This document shows, piece after piece, positions 27,206 through 42,235 of a stretch of DNA of 64,000 nucleotides. A program made the translations under genes and the position numbers. Source of the stretch: Spironucleus salmonicida (lineage: Eukaryota); contig NC_090597.1 in the NCBI RefSeq assembly GCF_000497125.1, forward strand, positions 1,561,797-1,625,796, written 5' to 3'. Within the stretch, counting starts at the first letter, position 1, and every line of letters begins with the position of its first letter. The notes below the pieces were generated by a model that worked only from the letters and a program-made list of their open reading frames with translations, had not been told where the DNA came from and searched no databases.

Positions 27206-29560
27206 TCAAAGGTAAATCTCTCCTACATCATATCCACTTGCTTTTGCTTTATAAGGATTTTCAAGAGCTAGTTTTCTTTACTAAACTTCTCGATTTCTTT
27301 TTGCATCTTCTACTAGTCGTTTCTTTTCAATAATTTCTTATTCCATTTCATAATCTGTTTACCTTTTTCTTTCTAAAACAGCTTTATCTCTTGATTTAAT
27401 TGCATTTTCTCGTTCTTATATTTGTTTATCCTTTACACTCATTTTATTAGTTAAATCTGTTTATCTTGCTGTTTATTCCATAGTTTTAGCACTAGGCAAT
27501 CTCTTAGTCTGAATATGTTCGTTTGCTCTAAATGCATTTATTGTACTTTTTTTCTCTTTAAGTTACTTCATCCTTTCCTTTAATGCATCTAATTTCTCAT
27601 TAGCAACGTTAGACATAGTCTTCGCTTATTATAATTCCATATTACGTCTACTTTCTTTTTAATAAATTTACTTCTCAAATGATATTTTAACCTCTTCCGC
27701 CCAAGAACTAACTTATTCAGCAACTCTCTAAAAAATACTACTATCATTTGTAATATTATTTGCTTTTCTGGCTTATGCTAATGCTTATTTAACAATATTA
27801 AGTCGATCTTATTTTTCTTACAGTGCACGTGCCTCTTCTTCTTTTTCTGCTTAAATTCGGTTCTTTTTGTTTTCCAGCATGACAATTTAATATTCCTTCA
27901 TCTTTCCTAACCTCTCTCTTAATTCTGTTAAACTCATTTCATTTAATAGGCCTATATTCATAGTTTCCGACGGATCATATTTTTCAGCAAGTTTAATAAA
28001 TCTATCTGCCGCAGCCACCTCTAAAAATGCTTTAATTTATTTTACTAAATCCACTTTCTCCATTTATTAAATTTCACTGAGTTCTTTAGCATTCTGTAAC
28101 ATGTCCTAGTTTGTTGACTTAGCTTAATTTACTTCTGCTTTCTTTTACTCCAATAGGTCCTTTTTAGCCTTTTCAAGAGCAAGTTGGTTTTCTTCTTACT
28201 ACATTCTTATTTTTTCTGCTCTTGCAGCTTCTTCTTATTCTTAATTTTCATAGAATTCTATCATTTCTTCCATTTTTTCTAAATTTTATTCTGCAACCAC
28301 TGCTTTTTTCATATTTTATGCTAATTTCTATGCTTATTTGGCATCTTCTAATAATTTTTAGGCCATAACTTTTCGGTTTTCTACTTCTTATTATTTAATT
28401 AATTGATCTTTCATATCCATAGCTCTTTTCCAATTATCGAATTCATAACTATCATGTAAGCCTGCGCTATAAAGTTCTAATTAATCTGCCTCTTCTTTCA
28501 TTTTTTTCTACAAAAGTTGATCTTCTCTAAGTAACTATGCTTTTGTTTGTTTAACTGGTTGGGGGTTGTTAGTTATTATTTTCTTTGGCTTTTTTGGAGG
28601 TAAATTCTCATTTATCAGTGGCAAATCTAATCTTTTCTTAGGTAAAGCAAATCTAGTCATACTCTCATCTGTAACAGTAGTAGATTATCGTGTATTCATA
28701 ATTTACTATATTCGTTCATTCTAAACTTCATCTAGAGACTTTTTATAGATATTGTAATCTAGTTCAAGAGCTTATACATTATTTTCAATTATTTATTTCT
28801 AACTTATTATATCTCCAGATTACGGTTTTAAATGAAATTCACTAAATGAAGTCGTTGGTAATTACTATGGTTTTCTATCTGTTTGTTCAAATGCACTACT
28901 CAATTAAACTACAAATTCAATAGCATTTTCATAATTAAAGTCAATAATACTTTTAGTCAAATGCTCAACAATAAATTTTTCATCAAAGTAGCGCTCTAAT
29001 ACATTTCTTAGTTCTGGATAAAAATTTGAAAGATGTGTTACTGGCTTAACTGTTTATGATAGTTTTGTATCAGCTTAAAAAGTTTGTTCAAAGTGAAATG
29101 TGGACTTTTCATAAACAAGACGTAAGAAAGCTAATATATTACTAGGGTTTTAAGTTTAAAGTATGAGTTTTAATTTCTTAAAATTATCTTAATTCAGTCT
29201 GAATATTAAGAAAAAGAAAAATATCTTATAATTTGTTTTGAGTGATGGATTTATATTAGAATTTTCTGCAAATAGTAAATTTATACAATCTGTTAAAAGA
29301 GATGAATGCTCAACTATACCCGAGCAAGTTTCTAAAATAAACTATCTCTCTTACTAACTAAGAATCTCTTATTATTTTGTATCAGTTAATTTCTATATAT
29401 TTTTAGCATGAGATGTATTTGATGCTTCATCTGCTAAATTCATTTTTTCGGTCTTCATTTTAGATAGAATTTCTTTTGCATGCTCATTAATTGATTACCT
29501 TTAGGGATTATAATTGCTAATAATATCGACTACAATATTAATTTGATCCGCAATTTTCAT
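27206..29560 (-). CDS. CFAP99: Cilia- and flagella-associated protein 99-like, 784 aa
   Basis: N-terminal helical domain, TKAQLLREDQL, GLHDSYEFDNW and YDPSETMNIGLLNEMSLTELRERL followed by a long coiled coil; resembles CFAP99 from memory. Confidence 0.7.
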
Positions 29561-29602
29561 TATTAAAAAATGCATTAGATAATTATTATATTAAAATAAA
29601 AA

Positions 29603-30070
29603 TCATTGTAACTTCCCACTAATTTCGATTATTGATAAAGTTATTTAATTTACCAGATCTGTCAATTTCTAACTTACGAGCATCTATTTATCAAAGTTTC
29701 TTCGCTATGTCAAAGTCCACTAATTTTAAACTTAAGGCAGCTCGCTAGGGTGTATGTCGCGAAATCCAATATTTAATGAAGAAACAATAGGTCGTTATGG
29801 AATGGATACTATACTTGATTGTTCATTATCCAAAGATATGTTTGATTAAAAAGACTATAATTGACCAGGAAAATTTAATTCAAAGTGAGATATCTCATTC
29901 AAGGATGATTAATTATTTATAAGTTATGTTGGTAATAATATATTACTAGCTGGACTAACTAGTCTAGGTTATATTTAAGATGAATTTTAAATTTTAGATT
30001 GATTTTTTTAAGAATGCGATGATGGGCTTGAAACTGAGTGCAAGAATGAAGAGTCAGAGTTGTTAGACAT
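29603..30070 (-). CDS. Hypothetical Ser-rich protein, 155 aa
   Basis: MSNNSDSSFLHSVSSPSS..., start and stop in frame. Confidence 0.6.
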
Positions 30071-30117
30071 TTGGTTTTATTCTATATAAATAATATAATA
30101 ATATAATAATATAATTT

Positions 30118-30987
30118 ATGAAGTCATTATTGATTTATTCAAGAATGTGGCCACCTTAACTTGGATATGGTACTTATAAAATAACAGAAAGCTTATCAAA
30201 AGAGTCTCTTAAAATTGCTTTTGATGCCGGTTATAGACATATAGATTGCGCTGCATATTATGGTAATGAAGCTTTTCTTGGAATTGCTTTATCTGAACTT
30301 TTCAAAACCTACAATCGTAAAGATTTCTTTATAACTTCTAAAATATGGCCAACTATGATGCAAAATGTTAAAGACTAGCTTCTAATCACTCTACAGGACC
30401 TATAAATAGAATATTTGGATTTATATTTAATTCATTAACCTATCGTCTGGGATATGGACACTTAATCTATATCTAAAAAATCACTTGAATAAGTTTGGGT
30501 GGAAATGGAAGGTTGCCAAAGAGAAAATTTAACTAAGAATATAGGCGTTTCAAATTATTCTACCAAATTAGTCACAGAACTGCTGAATTATTGCACTATT
30601 AAACCATTTATGAATTAAATTGAGTGCTCACTTGAGTTTTAAAATGATAAGGTGATAAAGTTCTGCATTGAACATAATATTCACGTTACTGGATACCGAA
30701 CTCTTATGAAATCATAAGGCACGTTTGATAATATTTCGGAATTAAAATAAATGGCGACCAAATATAACAAGACAATCCCTCAAATTGTTATTAAGTGGCA
30801 TTTATAAAAATGGCCAAAAAACTATTCTATTTTGGTTAAATCTGCCAACAAATCTAGATGTCAGTAAAATATTGATATAAATGATTTCGCTTTGACTAAA
30901 GAAGAAATGATTTTTTTGTAAACTTTAGATTAAAACAAAAGAACTTGTCCAGGACTTCCAGAATGGAAATTAGAAATGAATGAATGA
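30118..30987 (+). CDS. Aldo-keto reductase, 289 aa
   Basis: LGYGTY, AGYRHIDCAAYYGNE, FITSKIW, YLDLYLIH, IGVSNY and NQIEC. Confidence 0.92.
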
Positions 30988-31232
30988 ATATATTTTGCTT
31001 TATTATTTATAGTGCATTTCTACATTGAAAATTAAATTATTTATATTAATAAATTTACATAATTATTAGTATAAACTAAATGTATAAGTTTATTGAAAAG
31101 TGGAAGAATAATCTACTCTTTATAAAATACTTACTATAAAGTCACACATATAGGTTCGTCAAAATTTTCGTAAAAATATTAATTACTACTTTTTATTTAT
31201 TTATTTATTTTAATTTTACCGCAATTTTGTAA

Positions 31233-32234
31233 ATGGGTTGTGCTTCATCTGCTAAAGAGACAGCTTCAAATATTATACCATAAAAGACTAAAGATATTAA
31301 ATCTGACCCTAGAGCTGCACCATAGGTAGCTCCTTAATAAAGAGGGCCTATGACTAGAGATATACCTCACCCTGAAGATAAAATGATTCATGAGATGCCT
31401 GCTGACGTGGCCTTAGCATATTAAATGTATACTTCTTAAGTAGTTGTTCACGCTACAATTAAATCTTTTGAATCTGGTATGGCTACAATGTCTATGCCAC
31501 CTCAATGCTAATATATTCTCACCTTAGATGATATCACTGTTCTCCGTGGTGATTTACCATCTCAACCTTTAAAAATAAAGATTATTGGAGATGATAAGCC
31601 TGTTACTGGAACCCCTCTTGCCTTGTTTGGTGATTATGAAGAAGAATATTTTATGTTTAATGGCATGATTGTCAAATCTCTTGATGATATTAAGGCTGAG
31701 CTCAAAAGTAACCCATACGGATGGGTTAATTGTCAGTCACCCTTTGGTTATGATTTCCCAGTTTCATGCGATAAAGCGGGCGCTTTAGTTTGCCCTTCTA
31801 CTTCATTCCCTTCTTTTAATTTAGAAGGATTTTCAGTACACGTTGAAAAAGTTATCCCCTCTGACGTTAACCCTGATGTTAATCCATTCGGTAATGGCAA
31901 GTTCCTTATAAAGGTCTGCAATGATAAACAAGACGCATAAGTATGCAAAAATTTATTTAAAGACAAGAATGGCAATATTTTATTTGAAGAGTCAATAATA
32001 GCTATTATTGGTGATAAACCTTATGTATGGAGCACTAAACTTCCTTCAGACGCTTCACAGGTTCAATTTGGCGTAGGCTAGACAGTATCTGGAGAAATTG
32101 ACACGCTGAAGCTTAAAGAAGTTGAATGGCCATAAGGTGGAAGTAGAGTTTACTTTAAATTTGCCTTAGGTGATAAGATGGATCATGACTTTTTCTATTA
32201 TAACTCTTCAGTGCATGATAGTATGAGAAAGTGA
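31233..32234 (+). CDS. Putative N-myristoylated/palmitoylated protein of unknown function, 333 aa
   Basis: Starts MGCASS (Gly2, Cys3, Ser6), has a relatively GC-richer coding sequence and ends AAG TGA. Confidence 0.75.
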
Positions 32235-32270
32235 TACTTTTATTATATTAATATATTGACTTTTTAAATA

Positions 32271-34814
32271 ATGAATCACTATGATTTAGCTAAATTATTT
32301 CTTAACAACCCTGGCTAATTAGAGTATTAATGTAACGCTACTAGGTAGGAACTAAGATAGTTATTATTTCTTTAATCATAGAAAGCTTTATCTATATAGC
32401 AAGGAATATAGTAAATTTTAAGTAGTATGAAATAGGCTGAAGTATATACTGAAAAATTGAAATAGTATAAACAGTATGACTTATAATTATTAGAATAAGT
32501 AGGATATGCATTGAATGCCGCCAATTTAACAGCAAAACTACTTAAAAATTTATGCATGATTCCAATACAGGTTACTTAATTAAAACTGAAACTCCAAGAA
32601 GGTGGATACTCTTAAATTTAGTAATAGATAAGGGCCATGTAATAAGACATCTCCGATATTAAGCGTATGGCATTTATATATTAAAATGATCTAAAAACTA
32701 ATAATAAATTTATTTAATTTGAATAAATGTAAAAAGTAATATAATCTTTTGATTCGTACTTCCATATGTTTGATATATTTTAAGAATCGACATAAGATTG
32801 GCTTATTAAAAGGGCTCCCAGTGAAATACTATTATAAGTATCAAGAGGATATGAACATTTCTTAGATTCATATATACACATATTACTATAATAAGAGAAA
32901 ATTGAGCCGCTTTCGTTAGGAGAAATTTGGAAAAATATCTCATAAACAATTTATACTACCATAGGTTAATATTTTACATCTATAGATTTTTTAAATATAG
33001 ATTTTAAGTTATTAAAAGAGACACTTTTCTAGTATTATTAGATTATTGATTAAATTATTGGTAAATTATTTGAGTTTGATGCGCCTCAGTATATTTTAAC
33101 TAATTATGGCACATTGCATTATTCATAAAAATAAAATCTCTCATTTCATAGCCACTTTCCAATAAAAAGAGTATATGCATGTGCAATCCATAATTTTTTA
33201 TCATTGAAACTTCTTGAATTTGTATCTTTTAAAATTAATAATTAGTAGTTAAGTGTAGATTTTATTGTAAAGTTATTTGATTTTGTTGAAGTTTACAATA
33301 ATTTTCTTATCAAATACAAGTTTAATTATACAGTATTCCAACCGATTGAATTACTAAAGTTATAGTAGTTATAGATTGATCCCCCATTTTCATTTAATTT
33401 GAGGCCTTATTAGTTGATATAGATTATAAATACTGGATAATTAAAAGGAGGCAAATTTAATAGACAATAAAATTATTCTTTAAAGTCAGTATAATAACCA
33501 TTAATTGAAATTGCAGAGCATGCTTTTAAATTAACTTTTGATGATTTTTGGAATGATAAAACTTCAGATATTGAGAGAATATAAATTTTAGAATAAATTC
33601 AAGGCAAAGATTTTTTTGTTCAAGGCTTAACTCTAGAATCGATATCATAGGGAATAGAGGAGGAATTTAAAAAATCTATTAAATAAAAATTCTTTTCTCT
33701 TATTTAAACAGCCACGAGCGAATACTCTAAGACACTTGCAAGTCCGTAGTAATTAAATAATAAATTTAGAACAACAATTCCTTCCGATTTTTCTTCCATA
33801 TTTAATATGAATTTAATAGGCGATAATCATTCATTTACTTAAATTAAGAAATTAAACTTTATTGTATTTTAGGAGGCTTCTGATGCTATATACCAAACAG
33901 CTGCGTAACTTAATAAAAAAATATAAAGCTCTTTACCAAGACTAAATTTTTAGTCATTAATAGGAATTTCTGATAACCTTTAATTTAAAAATTTCTTTTT
34001 TGAATCAGACTATAAGAAAACTAGTAATTAAAATCTATTTAAAGTTCTACTACGAAACTAATAAAATACAACTAACCAACTTAATATTTAAAGGAAATAG
34101 GAGATTGAATTCAAGGATCCAATTCACAAAGAAAATTAATTTGATTTTTTACCACTAAATTCTTTAATTGCTTTGTGTAATGATTTTTTTGTATTTTAAT
34201 AAATGTTATAGAACTTAAGTTTAAAAATCGATAATTAAGATTCTGATGATGTTTTATAAAAATCTGCATTTGCTTGTATGGACGTTATAACATCTTGTTG
34301 TGCAAGAATTTCATATATTATATGTTAAAAAAATACTCTGAATAATAAAATTCTGAAAATTGCATTCTAAGATACTGAATTACGTTTAGAACCAATTTGT
34401 AATAATATTTTTAGATAATAGTATGTTAAAACTACTTTTGGAGTTGAATTTGCATAATTTTTATGGAAAATGATAGAAAATAAAAAATTAAATGAGCTTG
34501 ATGACAATTATATTGATATCTATGGAGAATTCGGGAAAAAACTAAAAGAATTGGAAGAAGTTTGTGTAAGTATTAAAATCAGACCAAATGATCTTAAAAA
34601 CTGTATTGATGAACTACGGATGTTCTAATCACGAGAAATTAATTATCACATGAGCCTGATAAGTATATGTGTTTATTTTGCAAAAAATGATCAAAACTAT
34701 GAGGAATTTATTCAATAAAAGGGAAAATCTAAAATAAAAATGGTACAAGATTGGAATTTTTATAGAGATTGTGGCGTCGTTGAAAGAGTAGTTAAGAGAT
34801 TTATCGAAGAGTGA
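32271..34814 (+). CDS. Helical-rod protein, possibly exocyst Sec6-like, 847 aa
   Basis: Long frame ending GAG TGA. N-terminal coiled coil loosely like Sec6; the family call is weak. Confidence 0.45.
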
Positions 34815-35111
34815 ACTAGTATATTCACTAATATTTAGAATTATAATTATGATAGTTGCATGATAAGGAAAATTATATAATGTAATTCTTGAGTACATAT
34901 TTTACTATTGATCTATTCTGATAAAAATTATGCTTTAAGTGATGATATTATAATGTATAAAATTCATACAATGCAAAAACTAATAACAAATTATAAATCT
35001 ATAATTAAGTTAATATCATATTTAATCAAGTAATTAAGCCTGTAAAAGCGATTTCCGTTTTTTCTAATTATAAACATAACTAATAATATTATGGAATTAT
35101 TAGTTTCTAGA

Positions 35112-35315
35112 ATGGGAGTTTGCTATTCATATCCAACTGGTGAAACGATTCAAGTTGCATTTGACCAGAATGATTATTTCAAGTTCCTAGTAGGAAGCGA
35201 TGAAGACTAAAATAGTAACATTAGTTATATAGAGCATATTGAATCTTCAACACAAGAAGAAATCTCTGACCAAAGCGAATTATTTGATATGCTAACGCAT
35301 TAAATTAAACACTGA
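35112..35315 (+). CDS. 67-aa acidic MGVC microprotein, paralog of 59531-59734
   Basis: MGVCYSYPTGETIQVAFDQNDYFKFLVGSDEDQNSNISYIEHIESSTQEEISDQSELFDMLTHQIKH*. Protein-level similarity to the second copy; an in-frame ATG also exists at 35091. Confidence 0.7.
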
Positions 35316-35443
35316 ATTCTATTTTTTAGCATTTTTATCATTTTATAAAGACTGCTATCTGTTGCTCTATCCATTATAATATTATTTTCACTGTTATTTT
35401 ATTTCATTGATGTTATTATATGATACATTCTATTTATAGGAAA

Positions 35444-36649
35444 ATGCTCATAGGTGATGACGATGTATGCGATTTCTGTTTTTCTGGAGACTGCGATTCT
35501 GATGATCCTATAATTTATTGTGATTCATGTAATGCCTGTGTACATGCTTCTTGCTACTAAATAACTGGTGATTTACCAGAGTCATTTATTTGTGAGGCAT
35601 GTGAAGCACACGATAGATAATGCTGCCTTTGCTATAATTCATCCCCTTTTATGATGCAGTAAATTAAATTTTCTAGTTTATATGCACATGCATTATGTTT
35701 TAGATTTGCGCCAACTTTGAACTTTGAATTTTATTAACGACTCTCGTGTGGAACTAGTTAAGAAGTAGTGGAAAATAAGATTTAAAGCAATATTTCAGAA
35801 ATAAAATGTTCAATTTGTGGGTATAATGGAAATGTTCGTGACTGTTGTACGAGTTACTGCAAATAGTGTTTTCATCCATCTTGTTGTATTTAGAGCGGTG
35901 GAAAATTACTTATCCGTGAGACTGATACACATGAGTTTTTGTAATTATTGTGTGCAGATCATTCAAAATCTGATAATTTTTATATTGAGATCTGGCCAGG
36001 AATCGAAAAATTACTATACAAAAATTACGATTTTCCTATTGATTTTAATGAAGAGAATTGCGGTAATCTTATTATGAATGTTAATTGCTGTGAAAGTGAA
36101 GAAACTTTTTAAGAAAGTATTAAAATGTTTGGCATAAATGCATTAAGGTAGTATTCCCGATTGCTAAATTTTTAATAAAATAGTATGTTAAAAGTATAAA
36201 AAATTTGGCAAATTGTTAAAAAGAGACGAGTTAGAGATCCTGTTGAAGTTGGTTGTATTTTTAATTAGTCCATAGACCAAAAAGTATAAACTATATCATT
36301 TTGTTATCTAGGTAATAAAATTTAACTTCAAGTAATTTCATAGTTAATGTCGGATGACATTGATTTTAATGAAAAAAATGTTAATTTTACTTTTACATAG
36401 ATTATAACCGAGAATGATTTGACAAAGCTCTATGTTTAAGGATTATTTCTGATAGGAATTCTAGAGGTTAATAAATTTGAAAGTATCTTTGGGTTTTTAT
36501 TGTAAAAAGAATAATAAAATCTATATACCAATTGCTATTTCTGTGTATTTGATTTAGGATATTATTTGCAAGAGTTGGCTGGTTAATTGGGTATATTTGG
36601 TATTTAACTAACAACTTTTTTGGACGATAAATTATATAGTTATATTTGA
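35444..36649 (+). CDS. PHD-Zn knuckle-PHD (PZP) protein, BRPF/JADE/Nto1/AF10-like, 401 aa
   Basis: CDFC...IIYCDSCNACVHASCY...CEAC, CCLC...AHALC, CSIC...CCTSYCKQCFHPSC. Confidence 0.85.
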
Positions 36650-37056
36650 TTTTACAGTAAATTTTTGTGTAGGTCATATTATAATTTATTTATAACTGAA
36701 TTCCATTTTTAAAATGAATATATCTAAGCTAATATATTATGTCACGTTTACTTCTGTTGCTAATTTCTATAATATTAGGATTAATAGCTATATTATAGAA
36801 AAATTTAATAATAATTATCACTAAGATGGGCATCTTCTATATAGTAAAATTACATCAAAACATAAATAGGAATTATCAATCTAAAATTTACTATCGATAC
36901 CGTTCTAGTTTAAAAATCATCCATTACTTAGATAATATCATTAAAAATCTAACCTCCTTAAATTTAATAGATCTGGCACACTAAGTTTAAAATAAAGAGG
37001 CTGTAAGAACACTGAAAAATTAATATGCCTATAAATGAGAGTGAATTTAGAAGATT

Positions 37057-37272
37057 TCATTATATAATTATATCTGTCTCATCGTTTATTTCTGTCAAAG
37101 AAATGTCATTAACTAAAACAAATATATGATCATTATATTATAGATCAAAATGGTTGACTGTTAACTTTAATAACATCTCATCAGAAAAATTATTATCCTC
37201 GATTGTGAAACCTTTATTTTCTTAAGGTTTAAAATTGTGAGGTGACTAAAATGGTGTCCAAGTATTCTTCAT
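37057..37272 (-). CDS. Possible small acidic protein, 71 aa
   Basis: MKNTWTPFQSPHNFKPQENKGF...ETDIIIQ*, ending AATGA; short and without homology support. Confidence 0.35.
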
Positions 37273-37370
37273 TAAATACGTACGATAATTCTTGTTCAAT
37301 AAAATTCTAAAGTGTAAAATACTTTAATAAATATATTTATATATTAATAATATAATTTTCAAATTTCTAA

Positions 37371-39677
37371 ATGCAGATCGGAAAATTTGAGTTATTATAG
37401 TGGGCCGCACCATTAAATACTACCCCATAAAAATGGTCTGATATTAATCCTCATATGTATTACAAAATTAATTTTTTATTTAAAACATCATTCTCACCAC
37501 TTTCAACATCAGAGGATTATAAATTATTTTTCTATTCCAGATAGGTACCAGAAATTTTAGATTGGGATGCAATTGAATAAGGGCGAGGTAGAGCAATATT
37601 TAATTTTTTAGCCTTTTTATACGTTATTGAATCAATAAAAGATGGAAATACAGCTCCTATTGAATTTGCTCTACCAGTGGACTAAAAGATCACTGATTAT
37701 TTAGAGTCACCTGATGTATTAAAATTATTATAAATTTAAATAATGTCACCTTAAGTTTAGATTTCAAGTTCACACCAAAAATCTATATCCATTTCATAAA
37801 CCGACGTGAAATTAGATAATTTTTTAACAGAGATGGATTCTTTAGTTCCAAATTTAGATGAATCAATAAGAGATAAAGCTCTATTAGCCTCTAGAGTATT
37901 GTAACGTGCAGTAGAACATGATTTAGATAAGGAATACTTAGATCAAGATTGCTAAACAGATATTTCTTATCGTGATCTTTCCAATATTATCATGAAAACA
38001 TAGCAAAATACAAATGATTCTGTTTATACTGAATTATTATAAGAAAATATGGCACTAAAATAGTAAAACAAAAACTACGAAAAATTAGTGGACTTTTATC
38101 GCAGCTAAACACATGATAAGTTAAACTATAATTAATAATTTTATTAAACTATTTCACAATTATAAAAATAATCAATTTCTCTTGATCTTATATAAGAATT
38201 ATAGATTGAAACCTTGGCTAATGTAAAGGTGTAAAAAATTATATATGAAAATATTTTAAAAATTAAATCTGCGCTATAAAATGAAGGTTTAAATATGTAT
38301 TAAAAATATGAAATTTTCATTTAAAAAGAATAATTAGAATAAAGTTAAGTATCTGAAACACAATAAATTGTTGATTCATTCTCATAGTTAAGTTAATAAG
38401 TATAATTATTCAATACTAATATTTAAGACAATATAGAGAAGATGGTTGATTTAACTAAACATGTTGATATAAGTATAGATTAAAAACTTGAAGGTTTATG
38501 TTAAGAAAATAAACTATTATAAAATACAATTTCTATATTAGATAAAGATAATACCTAGTTAAAGCAGTTAAATGCCTAACTCATTACTAATACAAACGAA
38601 GATATAATGAAAGATCTTCAAACTGTTTTAATAAATAGTTCTGGTATCGAACTAACAGCATCTCTCATACAACTTACGTAGAAATTTTAATATTATATCC
38701 ATAAATTTTCATTTGTATAAGACAGTTATACAAAGAAACTTAAAACTCTTAATTTAATTAATCTAGATAAAGAAGATATGTAGATTATATAATAATCACT
38801 TGATTAAGAACCAGAGGTCTTGTTTCAAAATTATGAGCTATAATTTTCAGATAAATTTAAAGATATTCTACAAACTTTGGGAATAAATTGCACATATTTT
38901 ACCTCTTCTCCAATTTAATTTGACAATATTCCTCTAAACTAAACAATTAATATAATTAAATAAATTGAAAGCGATGGTATACTCCTAAAAGAAGAATCAT
39001 TATAGTTATAGTCTTCTACTTATAAAAATTAGATTGAATAGTTAATACTTATAATATCTCAAATTTTGAAACAATTTACGAAGTTTAAAACTGAATTTAA
39101 AAATAAGCATCAGTCTTTAGTTAAAACCTGCAGAAACTTATAGATGTAATTAGTTAATAGGTCAGAAGAAACATCTTAGATGTTTACTTAGAAGCTTACT
39201 ACGACAATTACATAACTTAATATTAATAAAGATGAACTTGAATTTTATAAATAAAAAATAACATCATAATAATAATAAATTACTTAGTTAATATAATCGT
39301 AATCTTTATCAGAATAAGCATAACTAGAGGCTAAAAGACTCTGGTAACGTGTTAAACAGCAAACATAATGTTTAGATTTATTTTAAGATGTTACTGATTA
39401 ATTATTAAGCAATAATACATTTAATATCTAGTAAAAATTATAAGATATAAATGCTATCAGAAATTAAACAATTTAATTTGCTGAAAAATCTGTTTTCTAA
39501 TGTGAAAGTTTATTAGCAATAGAAAGAAATCGAGCTGATTTAGAAAGAGAAAAGTCATCTGGCCTTAGAAACTAGATTGCTAGTCTGAAAAGTGAAATAT
39601 TGGTTCTAGAAGAATTACTCTAGATGACAAAGTAAGACTGTAATAAAAGCATAGCAATCTGTTTCTAAGAAGAATGA
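37371..39677 (+). CDS. Long coiled-coil protein with globular (possibly CH-like) N-terminus, 768 aa
   Basis: MQIGKFELLQWA..., then Q/E/K heptad-rich; ends GAA TGA. Confidence 0.7.
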
Positions 39678-39704
39678 ACTATTACATTTTACAATAAAAG
39701 TTAT

Positions 39705-41921
39705 TCACTTCCATTTTGAAAATTCTATATATATTTATTTTGTATTTAAAATCATACAATCTACTATTTCTATTTCTACTATTTCTTCTTCTATTTAATT
39801 AAATGTTTGACAAATAATACGTAGTAAAACAGAATCGTCTTCATTTATATCTCCATACATATCTCCAACTAATCTTTTTATTAACATCAAATATCCTTTA
39901 AACTACAATATTTATTAAAGTTTTAATGACAAAAATAGAGCTTAAACAGCATTGAGTTTTTCACTTAATCTAAGTATATAATAGGTTTAAATCTAAAATA
40001 AAATTTAGATTAAAGTTTAATCTTCAATCTTTTAATAAAACAGAATTAAAAAATCTCCAATTCTTTCGGCATCACATCTTGTTAATTTAAGTGTTGATAT
40101 TGTCAATAGTTTAAATATTTCGCAAATTTATTATTTACGTCCTGATTAAAGATGGAAAATTAAATAATTAACTAAAGAATCGAAATGCTACCTTGTGGTG
40201 CATAATATAAATTGGCTTATTCTTTAGACTTCTAATGGAGTATTAACTTGGAATGGTAAGAGATTGAATATCTAGCTAAAATTTAAGACATCTGAGATAT
40301 TAAACAAATGTTTTTAGCTATAAGAAAGTGGAAGTAAAAATGGAACATTTTACCCTTATAGTTTATATGATATATGTATAGACTAACCATCATAAATCCA
40401 TAATAAATCATTTTTAGTTAATGTAATTAAATCCGACAATTCAATATCATTACATCCAGGAACAATAAGATATTACGAAAAGTTTTATATATCTAATGAA
40501 AGTAAGGTTTAATCTAATGTAGCAAACTACTTAAATAACTTTTATAATATAATGTTATTATCCATCAGAGTACAAATATCTACCTACCTTTAAACACTGT
40601 CAGTGAATTTATTTTACTAAAATTCTGCTGTTAACCATATTAATTCTCTAATTGCGAAAACTCCTAAAATATTATGATTATTAAGGCTGCATTCAAACTA
40701 TACTACTAAAAATAATTTTATCTCATTAAGTTAATACTAATGAACAATTCTAAGCAAAAATATTACTGAATTTTATGTTGATTTTTATATTTTTCCTTAT
40801 TAATAACAATCAAAATCGAGATTTGAATATAAAAAAATAATAGTTGATAAAAGAAGCTCTTATGGACTATTAGCTAATATTATATAAATAAGCTAAGACA
40901 AATCTGTTAAGAGAATTTTTTCGGCATAAAATTTCCCAGCTTCGATAAATGCTAATTAATGTAATTAATAAAGAGAATTTGTAAATTAGTTGACATTTTA
41001 CATATTAACCCTACTAAATGCATCTCTCAATAAAATTTTAATACCAGATTCTAAATATAAAATTTATTCAGAATTTTTAATAAATTATATTTATCCTGCA
41101 AAATCTAATTTAATAAAATTTGAACTATTTTATAACATATCTAATGTATATTGTGGTAAAGTGTTAAATATACAGAACTGATAGTCCAAATAACAAGCTA
41201 ATGAAATTTAATATATATCTTCGTCTAATGCTTCAGACTTATCTTAGCCTAATTTTTTCTTAAGTAACTGCTTACAATTTATTAAAAATTATGGATCTCC
41301 GGAAATAAATTTTAAGCATTACTAATATTTAAGTGAATAATAAATAAAAATGTCCGCTGGAATATATTCAAGTTCAAAATCTAACTTAGAAAAAAAGAAA
41401 CTTTCCACTAAGTTCTAGTTGAATTGAGCCTTCAAGTATTCATTTATATTAAATTTAAAATGTATCGAAAGAGAATGTTCTACTGTTTTAAGAATAGCCA
41501 TTTTTTATATCATCAGAATTTTATTTTGCGAAATATAAAAATTTTCAAATAAATCTTTAAAACAATATTAGTCTAGCTAAAACCATATATTTATTTAATT
41601 ATCTGCCAGTAAATGTATTTGTGAGCTTTTGAATAAGAATTCTAATATAGACTGATCCAGGACCTATTCATTTTTAAAATAATAACTTTTCAATAAATAT
41701 AACAATTATGCTGGAGAATCAAACATAATCTAAAAATCTTAAGGTATATTTTCAGACATAAGACGTAATTATAGTTTCTAATTTAATTCTTTTTTCGGAA
41801 CTCTAGTAAAATAGTTTATAACCTCTTAAACATATTATTTTGTTGTATATTTTGATTACTTCAGCAAATGATAACTATCTTACAATAAATTTTTTGAATT
41901 TAATATTTATTCTCCTATCAT
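39705..41921 (-). CDS. Hypothetical helical protein, about 738 aa (alternative in-frame ATG at 42119)
   Basis: Frame ends ...EFSKWK* with AAGTGA; the start was chosen downstream of an AT-rich promoter-like stretch. Confidence 0.6.
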
Positions 41922-42235
41922 TACGAATGAAAGGAAAAATAATTAGTATTTCTATATTATATTTATAATAAATTGCAAATATCTTTTAATTAACTTATAG
42001 CCAATTTGTGATTATAATTACATGTTTTTATATTTAGTCATTGCCTGATTTTCAGAAATATCAATTTATATCTTTATAACACTTAAGAGTCCTATTGTAA
42101 AATATTTTAGCTCCAACATAGTAAGTATTTCCAGATTCAAGCATACTACGGTTAATATTATCTAAAATAACAGTTTTATATATTAAAATAAAATATTATT
42201 ATAGTATAATTATAGTATATTATATTGCTACTAAA

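Noticed and set aside
36714-37155. Plus-strand open frame starting MNISKLIYY
   Set aside because: With TGA as the only stop, long spurious frames are common. The composition is not protein-like and it overlaps another candidate.
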